Below are positions 1 through 12,970 of a stretch of 64,000 bases of DNA, one piece after another. A model generated the notes under the pieces. The model searched no databases and was not told the origin of the DNA. It saw nothing but the letters and a program-made list of their open reading frames with translations. Position 1 is the stretch's first letter. Each line of letters begins with the position of its first letter. Made by a program: the position numbers and the translations under genes. The stretch is from contig OZ287071.1 of the NCBI GenBank assembly GCA_965645245.1, positions 992,001 to 1,056,000 on the forward strand. The letters are read 5' to 3'. This DNA is from Massalongia carnosa (Eukaryota).

Positions 1-1164
1 CATAATTGCCCTGATGAGTATTGTTTGGAACATTCGTCTGCATATATTAGGACCTGTAACTCCCGACAACCGGGGACAGGCTGGAACAACACGTTACAAG
101 GCGTCTCTCCTGATCATGCTATAAGCTGTGCTCTTGTCTGTGTGCATGAGTCAACAGTCAGCCATCCGGGGCCCAGAACTCAGGAAAGATGAAGCGTGTT
201 TTGTGCAAGCCGATCTAGGTTTAATGAGTGCATGGGGAAGGTTTATTTTCGTTTGAGAGAAGGAATAACGTGTAAGTGAAGATCGGAAGACATACGAATG
301 GACAAGGCTTGTACACACCCAAAAAGGACCCAAGAGCTTCTTTGGCTTGCGTATGCTTATATATCGAGGATATCTTCAGCCAAGGATACTTACCATAGTG
401 GCGGATGAAACCCCATTTTGGAGTCAATTAACAGCAAAAAGCCATGTGTTCGTCTACAGATCGTTCCACGGGATGGGGTTACTCGGTCTGTACATATACA
501 TACAGTGTGATAATAGTTCAAGACATTAGAACACGAAGCCGTTATAAAACGCTAACTAAAGCAAGGCCCTCCCTAGCGCGAAACAAACATTACCTAAATT
601 ACCTAATCTGAAAAGAATCCAGCTAGCGTGCCGTTTTCAACGCCAGCTTTTGTCCTGCGACAGTATAATCCGCTAATGCATCGACGGTAGAAGAACATGG
701 GTCTGGAGAACAAGCTACATTGATAGTCAATCAGGGATGGTGACAGGTTAGCTGGGCTGACGACCTTCCCTTTGGCCTAGCTTACTACGCTATGCCCTAC
801 TTTGCTCAGAGATATTCATATAATACTGCAATGGCTTTCCCTCATTTCACGTCGGCACGATTCCATATTACTTGGTAATTGGGTAAATCTTACTTGGATC
901 TCTCTCTCTATACTTCATTGGTTCTGCGTTGGGAAGAAAGCCATCTATCATTTCACTTCCCCTCCCGCTCTTCTCTAGAATCTTCTCCTTCAATATCATT
1001 GCCAGCTCTGCGCATCGCACAAGACGGACCATAGGTTGCCTTCTCTCTTGGATCCCACTCATCTCAACCAGAGGATAGAATGATAGGTTCACTATTCCAG
1101 TAGACCCACTCAATAAATTTCTTCGAATCCTTGCTTATCCCGTTTTCTCTGGACCGTTTTCAAT

Positions 1165-3350
1165 ATGAAAGCCACAAGCCAACAAACCCCCGAAAAGGGT
1201 GCTGGTAACACGACTGTAACTTCAGTCAAAGCCACCACCAAAACCATAACTACAGGTGGTCCCAAGTCTGGAAGGCGGAATGGTGCTGCAAATGGAGCCG
1301 GGTCTTCATCGGATCCTCCTCACGTATGCGGCATTTGCAACAAGTGTTTTGATAGAAGTAAGTCCACGCTGTTTGTAATCTTGATTTGATTTTCTTTGAG
1401 CCTTGTGGGTATATGGTGGAGGTGAAAAGTAAAAAATATAGCGCTGATATGCGAAGCCTGGCTTGATAATCGACTAATAAGGGTTTTCAGGAGACCTTCG
1501 AGACCGCCACAAGCGGCGATGTGCGAGATCAGCCACGAAAGTTAAAGTATCCAAACGAAAGTCTTGCCTTGCATGTGCCCAATCAAAACTGGGTTGCGAT
1601 CTAGATACACCAGCGTGTTCTCGTTGCGTTAGTCGAGGTACGAACTGCGAGTATGCGGTACCACCACCATCTGCCCTTTCATCCATTGGCGCATCGGGAG
1701 CGAAAACCGCATCGGCCAGAACCGTTTCTCAGTCCGCTATCCATGCCACTCATAGAGCTTCATCCTACGCCAAACACGGTCGTGGAGTGCCCTACCATGC
1801 CAACTGCCCGAGTCATCCGGTAGAGATGCCGTCCATACCACTCACATCCTCTTCAGCATCGGGATATCCAACCCCACCTTTCCAAGAAACTCTGATGCCT
1901 TGGTATGATAATTTTCAGGGTCATCAATCCTTCGACCTTTTTGGCTCCTTGACGTCACAGCCCTTCTTGCCTCACGTTCCCTCAACGCCTTCTTCGGCAC
2001 ATGGTACATCTGTGGGTTTTGACGGACATGATGTAGACTCGTTCAGTCCCCAGGAGGCGCCGCCTAGGTTCTCGGATTGGTACCAGGACAATGGTATCAG
2101 CTCTGGGTTTCAAGTTCACCAAAACCACATACATGGACCCTGGCAAATCGATCCAGAACTTAGACACCCAAGGGAAGCCGATTTGGTGCATTATCACCAT
2201 AGCAGCCCAATGGAAAACCATTCGTTCTCCTTATTCAATGCGCTAAATATCCCAGTGCACGACGCATCTCTTAGCCCGACCCATAGCGTAGGACCCCTCG
2301 AAGCAAACTCTACCTTTTTCACTACCCCTACCCTGCCATTTGAAGTCTCAAGCACTGGTACGGGCGACGCCTTCCATCATTCCCACCGTCGCTGAAACCT
2401 CTGACTTGTATTCAGACTCTTGGAGAGAATCATCTGCAACACGAACCAACAGTACCTCTGACTTAGCCCAGGACTTTGGGTCTGGGTTCTTCGATCTTCA
2501 ATCTTTAGCACGCCTTGCAGCAACCACAAACTTGCAAGCGGCGCAGAACATGCCATTCAGTGATTTCGATGTCATCAAACTTGTGCAGAGCTATCCAACA
2601 ATGTTGCTGCAAAAGTCTTTCTATCCGCCATTTGTGCATCATCAACTTTACCGATGTGCAGAGGGTGGCGTTGCCGGGCCACTGGCCAATGCTCTCTGTT
2701 GCGTTAGTGCATATTCGAGTATGATTCCAAGCAATGAGAGCTTTGTATACAACATGATCAATACGGAGAGGGAACATCTTGTTCGGGGATTCCATGCCTG
2801 GTCATCATCTGATGTCAACGCTCTTGGCGCTCTTCACGCCATGTGTGTTTACCAGATCATTGGTCTTCTGGATGCTCAAGATTCAACACAAATCAGGCAC
2901 GCAGAGTTGCAGCACCCTTTTTTCTTGAAAATGGCTCGACGGCTGTGCCATGACAACTTTTATTCCGAGGCTGGAAAGTACGAGGCAAAGGAATGGCAAT
3001 CATGGCTTGTTGCGGAGACACTTAGACGGATCATCTTCTTGGTGCTTATAGTCAATACGATTTCTCGTCGGGCTCACTGCCAGAATCCATCATACTACGA
3101 TGCCTTGGATGAGAACCTAATATTTAGCTTGGCTTTGCCTGCTCCAGACCCTATGTGGAAAGCTTGCACGGCAGGGGAGTGGGAGAGTGCAAAGACGAAG
3201 CTTGGCTGGCACACCAGTAGACCGCGGACAGTACACATGGTGCTTGATAGATTGGATGAAGGGCATACAGACGAGGATAACCGAGCATGGTTTGAAGACT
3301 TCCAACCGCTTTCTCTCTTGATCATTGCATGTGTTAGGCAGCATTTATAG
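1165..3350 (+). CDS. Fungal transcription factor with a C2H2-like (C2HC) finger plus a Zn(II)2Cys6 cluster; 3 exons (introns 1358-1490, 2358-2415)
   Basis: Splicing GTAAGT..CAG and GTACGG..CAG joins ORFs 1165, 1787 and 2340 in frame. This gives CGICNKCFDRRDLRDRHKRRC, then RKSCLACAQSKLGCDLDTPACSRCVSRGTNCEY (C-x2-C-x6-C-x6-C-x2-C-x6-C), and a fungal TF-type C-terminus (YP..L...PPFVH, W..W..AETLRR, LPAP...W.A). Confidence 0.9.
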
Positions 3351-6300
3351 CAACTGCTTTACAGGCGCATGAAGTGGCAGTTTAATAGCTCATGGATTGC
3401 TCCCAATATTCGTTCTTCGGTTTGCGCAATCTACGATTTGCAGACGCCTTATGGACCTTGTTGAAATGTCCAGTAAGACACCTACCCGCTTGAATGAGGT
3501 AGGATAAGTGGTTCGCAAGCATATGCAATGCTGATATTCTCTTAGATATGCCCCTATATAAAGATTTATATTTCAAGAAATTATATGCTCTAGAGCATAC
3601 AACCCTTCTTCCGGGAGCATCGCTTGCCGATTCTGATTTCTAGATCCTAGCAGTGGTTTCTTCGACCAGAAATACCGAGTTGCCCGAAATCTAGGGTATA
3701 CACCACCCAAGGCGCTTCCAGGCATGGGATGTTCAGAAAAGTCGTATATGCTCAGGCATGTCTTCTGATGGCAAACTCGGCCTGTGGTACAAGAATGCCT
3801 GCTTGACCGGAAGGCTTGTTGATACCTACCGAGTTTGTGCTGGAAGATCTTCTCGGAGAGAAGCCCATGTGAGGGCCCTCATGGACGAGGTCCCCGTTGT
3901 TAGGAAGATGAAGGGGGCTCTGCGCGAAGAGTTGGCAAACATGAGCTTGGGCGGGACGAATATGCGCGGCTCATTGAGAGCAATCGATTGTTTTGCTTTG
4001 GTAGCCGGGGCTTTCTTGTTCGATTTCGGAGTTGGATGGTCCGGAGATATGGTCACGAGGTATGTGGTCACGTCATCCTATGGCGTTGGATTGGGAGGAA
4101 ACGTGCACCGTCTATTTTACTCCATCTCCCACGCTCTAAATCTAAACAATCCGTCGCTGTCACATCAACGGCGAGATGAAACGCTCAGAAATTTGACTAA
4201 TGCATGAAATGAAATTCGTTACGTTATGCCTCATCTGGGTAATGCCAACTCATGTCTTATTTACATGTGACTGGGTCACTATTCTGCCTCGGGCTCCAAA
4301 GAAGGGTCCTCAAGAAAAATCCATCTGCCTTACCATGCCCGTTTTGAGCAAAGCATTTGCATTTGCATTTGCTATCAGTTCCTTCATGGTTCCGCCTTGC
4401 ATGCGCTCATGCAGGTTCCTCAGTTCTTCGGTGATCCATCTTCTTTAGATCATCCTTCCAGTGTATCATCTTCCTTCCTCACTTTGTTCGCCGTTACACG
4501 TTACTGAGGTAGGATTGGTCTTTCTGGAATTGCCCATCAGGAACATGTATTAGGTAGGGCCATCGTCGATCCTTTTTCTCGAACGGCATGACAGTCCGCA
4601 CGATTTATGCTTCTGGGACTCGGTGACAATGGATTTTGATTGAAGAGCCCCAGTCCCCAAAATCTATCACAACACATTAATAACTCAGCAAACTCTACGA
4701 AGGGACATCTTGGCGCACGCAACTTCCGAAGCAACTTCATACCATATGGTAACTAGAAATTTCACGAGGTTCTAACCGCCAGTTTCGTTGCAGCATCTCG
4801 CCGTTAAGTCAATCAATGCATCGTGCATGGAGTATCCTCTCTATGAACTGTCTTCGGGGAGGTTCGGAGTACTTGGTAGCTCTTGATCGAATGTAAGTAG
4901 ATTTGTCGGTGCATCGAGATCCGGCAAGGGCTGACCGTTATCAAACGTAGCACCTTCCTTTGCCATGCAAGTTTAGTATTGCCATTAATTTACTTTGAAT
5001 TCCGATACGGTGCGTTAATTTTCTCGTGCTAAACTCCACCATTTGAGGAGCTGAATGCCATTAATCTAAAATTTACGGGTCTACCGTCTCAACACAGAAT
5101 ACGTCCTTTTAACAAGAGGTTATCGCACGGCTGCATTATAAATAAAACTCAGAAGAACTAGCATCATAGATAGTGCGCTCTTCAATCGAGATCTTGCCTT
5201 GGGAACATCGTCCTCGTGCTTAACCATCCGGCATAATACTTTCACCCATTTTGCATCAGCTTATCTCTATTCGCAAAGTTCCCTGGCGTATCAATTGCGA
5301 AGGCAGAAATGTTGCACAAAGCTCTCTCGAGGTGAAAACTCACGCGCCCTGGATTTTGGACTCATGCAGCAAAGAGCGCCAGGGGCTCAACTCAGCGATG
5401 CCGAAAATTAAATCTCTGGGTGGCTGTTGCCTCCAAGTTATATGTGAACCAGCCACAATCTCCATGTATTCAGCTGCAATACAGCGGTAGCTCTGCTTGG
5501 GATTTGACAATCTCAAGAGGTCATAAGTCCAATTCTGGGGCTTGTTGGCAAGTAACTTGCTTGAGAATAAGAACTATTTCTCATCGCCAACACCAAACAA
5601 TATTTATCTGCCTCGATGGCCGGCAACCCATTTTCAATGAGCTATCTTTGCTTCTCCGAAAAGCCAATAAAGTCCCAAGATCGCTCATGCAGATTCATCT
5701 ACTCTGTTCGTCTCCATGTCGGTAAATCAGAGAGTTTTCTAATAGGTGGTGTTGCCGTTGAAACTTTTTCATGAGTGTAAGAACTTGGTTCTACGGTTTA
5801 AATATATAAGCATCTGGTTAATGCTAACGTGTTCTTCGGGTTCTACTTCTTTCTCTCTATTCAGTTGGTGTTTTACCAGACAAAAAGACCTCGTTTTAGC
5901 GCAGTGTTTATCTAGTTGCAGGCATCTTTGCTAAAAGTTCTCGCACATTTCTTTCACACCGATGGGAGTATTTTGATTAATTGGAATTACAAGGGAGTTC
6001 ATGTGGCTCTCCATTTATAAACACATGTGGGGCGAGGGGGTGCATTCTCGTGAGCTGAGAATCTTCCCCTATAAGCTGTATATTTTTTAGTTAGAGTAAA
6101 AATTTCCAGTCCATCTTTCTACCTTGGCGACCCTTCTCGCTCACCACATTCCTAAAATTTCTCACAAGTTCGCGAATTACAGCTAGCCAGTAACCGTCTT
6201 ACGAGGGCGATAGGTAGTGGTTTAGAAGATGTTGGCGCTACGTGCGCTTTCGTTGATGTGCAGGAGTGTGGTCACACGCTTCTTGACCTACCTTTCGTTC

Positions 6301-8051
6301 TCTCTCTTTTTCAGTCTTTCTGCGTCTTTGTCCCTTCTGTATCAGTTTTCGCTCGATTTTTTATTTTCGTCTCTAACCAGGTAAGCCTCCGACAAAAATT
6401 ACATTTCTCCTTTCTCCAAATATTCTTTCTAGGTCTATGTCCATCTTTGTTTTCCCTTTATTTACAAAGTCATTCTGCCGGATACTTACTTATGCACACC
6501 AATTCCTTCCTGAGCTTTATCCGGTGCACCATGATAAGATGCAATATGCTAAAGTGTTAAAACACGCGCAATACACCCAGTTCCCTGCAGCGATTCCTTC
6601 CAAGGATCAAACGAATGAAAGACACGCTTCTATTCTTGTTGGTGAATCAAATAAAATTTCCAAAACTTCCCTAAACTAGGAACTCGCTGTCCGCCACCTC
6701 AGGCTGCGGAATCCATCCTACGTATCATTTTCTAGTCTTTACATGATGTCTTAGGGTTTACTTTTACAATACACAAAGACGTCATTTCTCTGTAAGGATG
6801 GAGGGGTGGCAAAAATAGCTTGTGAAGACTTATGCTTGCAATGGAAAATTCTTTATGTATTCCCTCGCTATCTATTCTCATTTCTTTCTTGACTAAACCA
6901 GAAAAAGGGCGCTAGAGTTTATAACAATTATTCAGATCTTTTACGTTAGTTGATGACTTTTACTTTTTATGTTTTTGGTACATACCTCAGGTCAGCTAAA
7001 CAAAGTCTCATCCCCATTGCCGGGGTTGGAGAGAGAAATGACGATATGAAGTAAAGGAAATTGTATGCTGAGGACAGAACTTCAGTCATTAAGAGGGATA
7101 AGCCTTCTACATAGCTCTCGGATCACGTCATCCTATCAGACCACTAGATCTGATGTTTCCTTCAAGCAGGTATTCCAAAGATCATTAGAGGGTCGCGTTA
7201 AAGACGTGGCTTTAGAGCCCTGAAAGCAGTAAAGCCTGGTGGTGCTATAATAGTCGAGCTGTCAAGGTTGAAAACGGCAAAGAAAAATGGGCGTATAGAC
7301 TTATAGGAGGCCATGATCCACTTCACGAACAGGAAGGCGCGAAGGTAGGAATCAAGGCGAGGACGTCAAACGGCTCTGTCAAGTATATATTGAAGTGGAT
7401 CCGCGGCAATGCATGTGAAATACTAGGAGATGTATATATTGTCGAGGTCGGTTCTTTTTCAATCAAGTGTCAATTCGAAGACCGAGAGCGGCGACGACAT
7501 CATCGTCACATGTATTTTAGTCCGTTCCCAACAAGCTCATGGTAAAGCCAGTCGAACCGTTCGCCTTGCATAGAAAGGAGAGATCAAAGAATAATGCAGG
7601 ACGCCGTGTCATCTGTCAAAATCGAAAACACTAAGACAACAAGACATAGCTTTCAGACGCCGTCATCTACATCAACAGACTCATCATAACTAATCTCAAG
7701 GAAGAGGCTTTTCTGCCCAGTTAATTACCGGACAATTCAGAAGGCGGTTCAAGTTTCAATAAAGTTAGCGACGGAATTTTTCAGCATGTTTCTGAAGAGG
7801 GAAGTCGACTGTAAGAAGACGATGCTATAACAGGAGAAAAGGACCGCTGTGTCGGAGCAACGTTGACGGACTCTTCAGGTTCATCAAATCCTCGTGCGCT
7901 TCAACTTCCCCTTTTTTTGGTTTTCGCTGTCGGGTTGCTTACTTGCGTTCATGTCTCCATCTTCTACGGTCTCCTTTTAGTTATGTCTTTCGCTATTCCC
8001 CGTTTGTGCGGCGCGTTACTTGGCTATTGCGAGATACAGAGAGAGGCCGAT

Positions 8052-8138
8052 GAGGAGGAGAAGGAGGAGGAGAAGGAGGAGGAGAAGGAGGAGGAGAAGG
8101 AGGAGGAGAAGGAGGAGGAAGAAGAAGAAGAAGAAGAG
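8052..8138. repeat. Tandem 12-mer (GAGGAGGAGAAG)x5 running into a (GAA)n tract
   Basis: Read directly; it produces the spurious poly-E, poly-L and poly-S ORFs at 7863-8362. Confidence 0.95.
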
Positions 8139-11100
8139 ATAGGCAACGTAGTTAGGGTAGGCAGGTGGGTAGGAAGGGAGGTAGGTAGGTAGGGAAGAGA
8201 GAAAATAACATTGAAGGGGGGGGAGGGATAAACGACGAGATAATATAAAGGAATCGATGAGAGCTTGCAAAACTTCCACCTCCGCCTATTTTTTCCACAA
8301 TGGATTTTCTGGGTTACTTCTCTTCCTCGTTTCTTTCCCTTCTCTTTACTCCCTTCCAACACATTTCTTCAACACACCTCATCAACACACAGCTTTAACA
8401 CATCCTCCTCCCCTTTCTCCTCAACACAGCTCCAAATCCATCAGAATCTCGCATTCTCATTCACTTTTTCTTAAAACATCATTCTCAAGGAAATGTCATA
8501 ATATTACTTCTTCTCCATCCCTGAAACCTCTTTTTCTTCTCGTCTTCCTACTTGCTCATTCCCTTCCCTCCCTCCAATCCAAACCGCACATTCTATTCTC
8601 CTTCTTCTTCTTCTTCTTCCCGTCTCATTCCGTTTCTTTCTCTTTCGTTCGCTCATTCGCTGATCATCATCATCAACTACCATTTGCTCCAGACCCTCAC
8701 CCCACTCACTTCCTCATCCAATCAGTTCTTGCTCTCCCAGTCTCCTTCCCCTTCCTTCTTTTCCCTCCTCGATCCTGAACCCCCGCTCCCCAGATCATTA
8801 CTCTCGTCGGAAACCCCCATTTCTAGAACCCGTTTCTTCAACCAATGTCCACCCGTCCCTTCCACTTCATTCCATTCTATCCCGTCTTCCATTTTCTCCA
8901 CTCCTAACCCCCCACCACCCCCACTCCCACCCCCATTCACCCGCCATATGGCTGATACTCCTCCATACAATAAAAACCCCGATTTTCCTCGTCTCTTCGT
9001 CTTCTACTCCCTCCGGGTCTTGAGAACGTACCGACAATTCCTCGCGAACTTCCTAAACGCGCAGGGACTTGTCAAGATAAAAGGATTAATATTCCGCGAA
9101 AATAACTGTATTTATGACGATAGCGTGGTTGAAATAGAGAGGGGAAGTTGAAGGGGGGTTATTTTTAGCAGGAGTTTTCATGAGCCAGCAATCTCTTCTC
9201 TCTTTTTCTCGTCTTTTGTTTACCTCTGCCAACTCCTTTGAGTTTCAACTTTACCCTCTCCCAGAAACATGCTTCTTCCAAGCCAGCTAAAAGTTCAACT
9301 ATCTCTTTGAGCCCCAGAGCTAGGCCTAATCCGTCCGTCCGTCCATACATCAACTAGTGTCCCTACTCCTTACATTCCCTAAAGTTCCCCAGTTCCCTTC
9401 CTAGCGAGCTTGTATTCAATTTCCTCCGGTTCGGACGGAATGGCTGTTGTAGGGTGGTGCTGAGCATACCTATCCACATACTAACCGATCCTAAGCAGTT
9501 TTCATGGAGCAATGGCTTCACAAAATAAGTACTTTAGCTTTGGGGCAGTCTGCGGGTGCAAGGAAGGGAAATCTTGGTTTGACGGCATGGTGTTCTCTCT
9601 GTTGCTTGATCACGGTAAAATTAGAATTTTCCTTTTGGAAAAATTTCTTGAGCAGATCAGCGGTGAAGGCATGCTTGAAGAATTTGAACGAAAACGTGTG
9701 TGCTGGATGGATATAGGATAGTTGGTCCCAAGGTACTGGGTTTTTGGTTTTTCCAACCACAGATTGCTCATGATGCTCGAGGACCGAGGGAAACCATTTT
9801 AGTCAAGTTAGGTAGGATACTGTGATATTTTGCAAGAAATCGCTCCAACCCTGGAAATTCTACGTTGAAAGTTGGCAGGAATTGCACAGTTGAAAACATT
9901 TTGGAATACAGACGAATGAATCCTCGATGAAGCCCTTTTCCTGCACGCATCAAAAACTTGGGTGCTAGTTTCCTAGCTACGCCGCGGCGCTCTAAGAGGA
10001 CACGGTGAAGCCTGCTGAGTGAACAATGAACGAGTGACGAGGAAAGGTAAAGAGAAAGAGCGGAGAGGTGGTTGAATGAGCGAGAGTAAGTGGAAGAGAA
10101 AGAAGGGCTAGAGCAATTAAAAACGCAGAAGAACAGAAATCAATATAAAGATTAGAGAATGGAATAGGGCTGGAAATGCTCTAAGGGAACAAACAAGGCA
10201 AAGAGGAGAGGAAATTGATATATTCGCTTGCAAACATGACTTATGACATTTAATCTCCATCTTTGTTCCGGCTTCATTATTTTGAGAGTAAAATATTTTG
10301 ATACCCCCTTGCCCCTGTACTGTATGTAGCCTTTTGAAGTTACGTCCAACCCAGTTCCAGACAAATCACAGTTTCCCGCTGCAAATATCAACTTTCAAGA
10401 TATCCATAATTATTTTGGTCAAAAGATGTTGTTTGAAATCCTTGTTACATATTCGAGGTGTCGCTTACTCGCCACTTTGTTTCGTTGTGCCTCAGATTAT
10501 TGACGAAATAATGATCTTCCTGGGACGAAACCATCTATTTTGTTCTTTTCTCTGTCGATAAGGGACCCCTAGTGTGGATCCCCGTACCACTTGGCGGGAA
10601 GAAACCGCAGGCTCAAGCTTTCTGAGTCTCAACTGAGGCCTAATGTCGAGCGCAAAGTACTGCATTACTTGTGTTTCATAACACGACCTTCGATGTATGG
10701 AGCTATGGTATCCATCGTAGATAATATTTCTGTCACCTCATGCAGAAGACGAAAGGTTCTCATGTGCTTTTCTGCCGGAGATTAAGGGGCCCCTGGAGTG
10801 TATTTTACATCTCAGAAATCTGTCTCCGGGCGATTCTCTCTTGTTGGAAGACTTGCCACCCTTGCTACAAAGTTTTCGCGTTATAACAGATTATACTCAT
10901 TAAGCGTCGCCACTTTCCATTAGGCCACGCTCCCCCTAAGAACTTCCTCCTTCGCCCTTTTTGGGAACTTGGTTGATTCATCTTTGGTTTCCAGATATAA
11001 AGAAATGACATCGTTTAGCACAATTGGGTCAAATTCTCCGCAGAATCTCTTGGCCAGACCCATCAAACGGCATTTGTAGCTTGCGCATCTTCACAAGGTT

Positions 11101-12377
11101 GTCCCTAAGCCTTGTGCCAAATCTTTCTGTACCAATTTGCGCTTCGAGCCAAAAAGCAGCCTATGGATTTTGGCCCTAAGCGAAAATTCCCAGGCCTAAC
11201 CTCAGTTACTCTAGAGTAGGTTACAATTGTGGACTGAGCAGGAACTGGGCTTTACTTCGGCCGTTAGATTATGGTGCCTATATTTAAGGTATCTTATCAC
11301 AGCCATAACGAGGGATCACGGGGAAAACATCAGGCCGCACAATGCGATAGCGTCGCACAGTAGCGACGGCTAGTGGCGAGCCTTAATGCAAGTAGGTATT
11401 TGAGGAGTTCAGTGCCCGGGTTGCTGCTGGAGCGTAATGATGTTAGATGTTGCCTCGGTTGATATATGATTGAGGACTTTGCAGCGGTCAAGATGTTACC
11501 TAACGAGGAAGATCCATAGCTTTTGCGGAAGATGCTTATGGAGGCACAGCGCAACAGACGAACAATTGAGGTAACCAAGCCCTGTTTTAATACTCCGTCA
11601 TTGATGACAAGGCGACCGAATGCAGGTGGCATCAGAGCGTTTAATCACCCGATCAGGAAGAACCTGTCCCTCGCTGCTCCATCGGAGGGACAGAGATCTA
11701 ATCATATCCAGATGTGATTGAACATCAGAGTTCTGATTGGTTCAGTGCCTTGCTTGAGGCGGCACTGGAGGCTGAAATTGCCCGATTTCGATCCCCGCTT
11801 GACTACGAGATCCCTGTCTAGTTCGTCGCCTGCCGCCCACCGACTAAATTGAAATAAGCCCTGTGCAAAGTACCTAATAGACGACCAAATCCAGGCGGCT
11901 CAATTTACAGCTGGCGCTATGCATTTGTTTTGCCTCGGTCCCTAGTAATAAGTAGATACTTTGTTTTTGATTCCCTATGCCGTCTGAGGGTAGACCGATC
12001 TAGCCAAAGAATTCGTTTTGTCCTCTCCTTTCTTGGTGTGGGGGTCTGACATGATATTCCTCATTCGAGCAAATTGCACTTGTACATTGGCTCTTGAGCC
12101 TACGATTGTCCATTCGCAGCAACGCGGGTTGCTCGTCAGCACGTCCTCGGCCGCTCCATACTAGTTAGGTACAGTCTGCAGTCTGTAGCCTTGGTAGGTT
12201 GACGGAAGACCATAAGGTTTTGTAAGCCCGAAGTTACTTTTGCGGCCTAATCTCGTTAAGATCTGTGGGTGGTCGTAAGACCGACTTTCTGCTAATGTTT
12301 CGAGCCACTCGATAGGGTAAAAATCCCAAAGCTCGGGAAGATTTGATAAAATTCCTTAGTACGGCGCGCTTCTCTAG

Positions 12378-12700
12378 TGGAAGGTGGGGGTCTGGAGGAA
12401 TGTTATGACGCTGCTGTGCACAATCTGAGCCGGTGAGGTGGATGACATGGCTGAACTTGCATCAGAAGTGTAAGTTGGTGAATGGAAGCGAATCGTTGAC
12501 GGCGGTCTGGAAAAGGTAAATGAGTATTCTACGTCAGCAGTTGGAACGGAGCTTGATTTCCTCTTCGAGGGAGGTGGCGCATGGTTTTGTTCACACCCAA
12601 CGCGTACCATTCATTGTTGCATTGTTGAGTTCTTCGGGCCTCATACCTCAAAGCTATTGAGCGTTGTGTTAGGAGGTAAGTACTGGATGTGCAGATAATC
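12378..12700 (+). pseudogene. Possible decayed coding fragment of unknown family
   Basis: Protein-like frame WKVGVWRNVMTLLCTI*AGEVDDMAELASEV*VGEWKRIVDGGLEKVNEYS..., interrupted by TGA (12426) and TAA (12471). Each stop is one C>T change from CGA or CAA; the antisense frame is open. Confidence 0.35.
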
Positions 12701-12970
12701 GCTCAGATAGCGCCGAAATTGATACATGATAGCATCTGCCTGCCGATGCTCAATGGAAAACGTCCCCTTAGAGTATCAACATCGACGAGGGTACGTGCTC
12801 CATTGCCGCGCCTGGTAAATGGGTCTTGAAGATGGCAAAGAGAAGGAATATATACATTGCGAGCTGTTCAAGTGGAAAATTATCCAAAACCCACTTTACT
12901 CAACTCGAGATCTGATGGTCTGGTGAACTGGCTCTTCATAATTCTTGCCATTCATTCGGCCCGAAACCAA

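Noticed and set aside
3758..4207. 149-aa plus-strand ORF
   Set aside because: No recognisable motif; may be the antisense shadow of decayed minus-strand sequence.
7863..8778. ORFs with poly-E, poly-L, poly-S or F/S/H-rich translations
   Set aside because: Artefacts of the GAG/GAA repeat and pyrimidine tracts, which lack stop codons.
10330..10503. Frame PDKSQFPAANINFQDIHNYF, faintly like a fungal methyltransferase segment
   Set aside because: Too short, no SAM-binding glycine motif, and flanked by stops.
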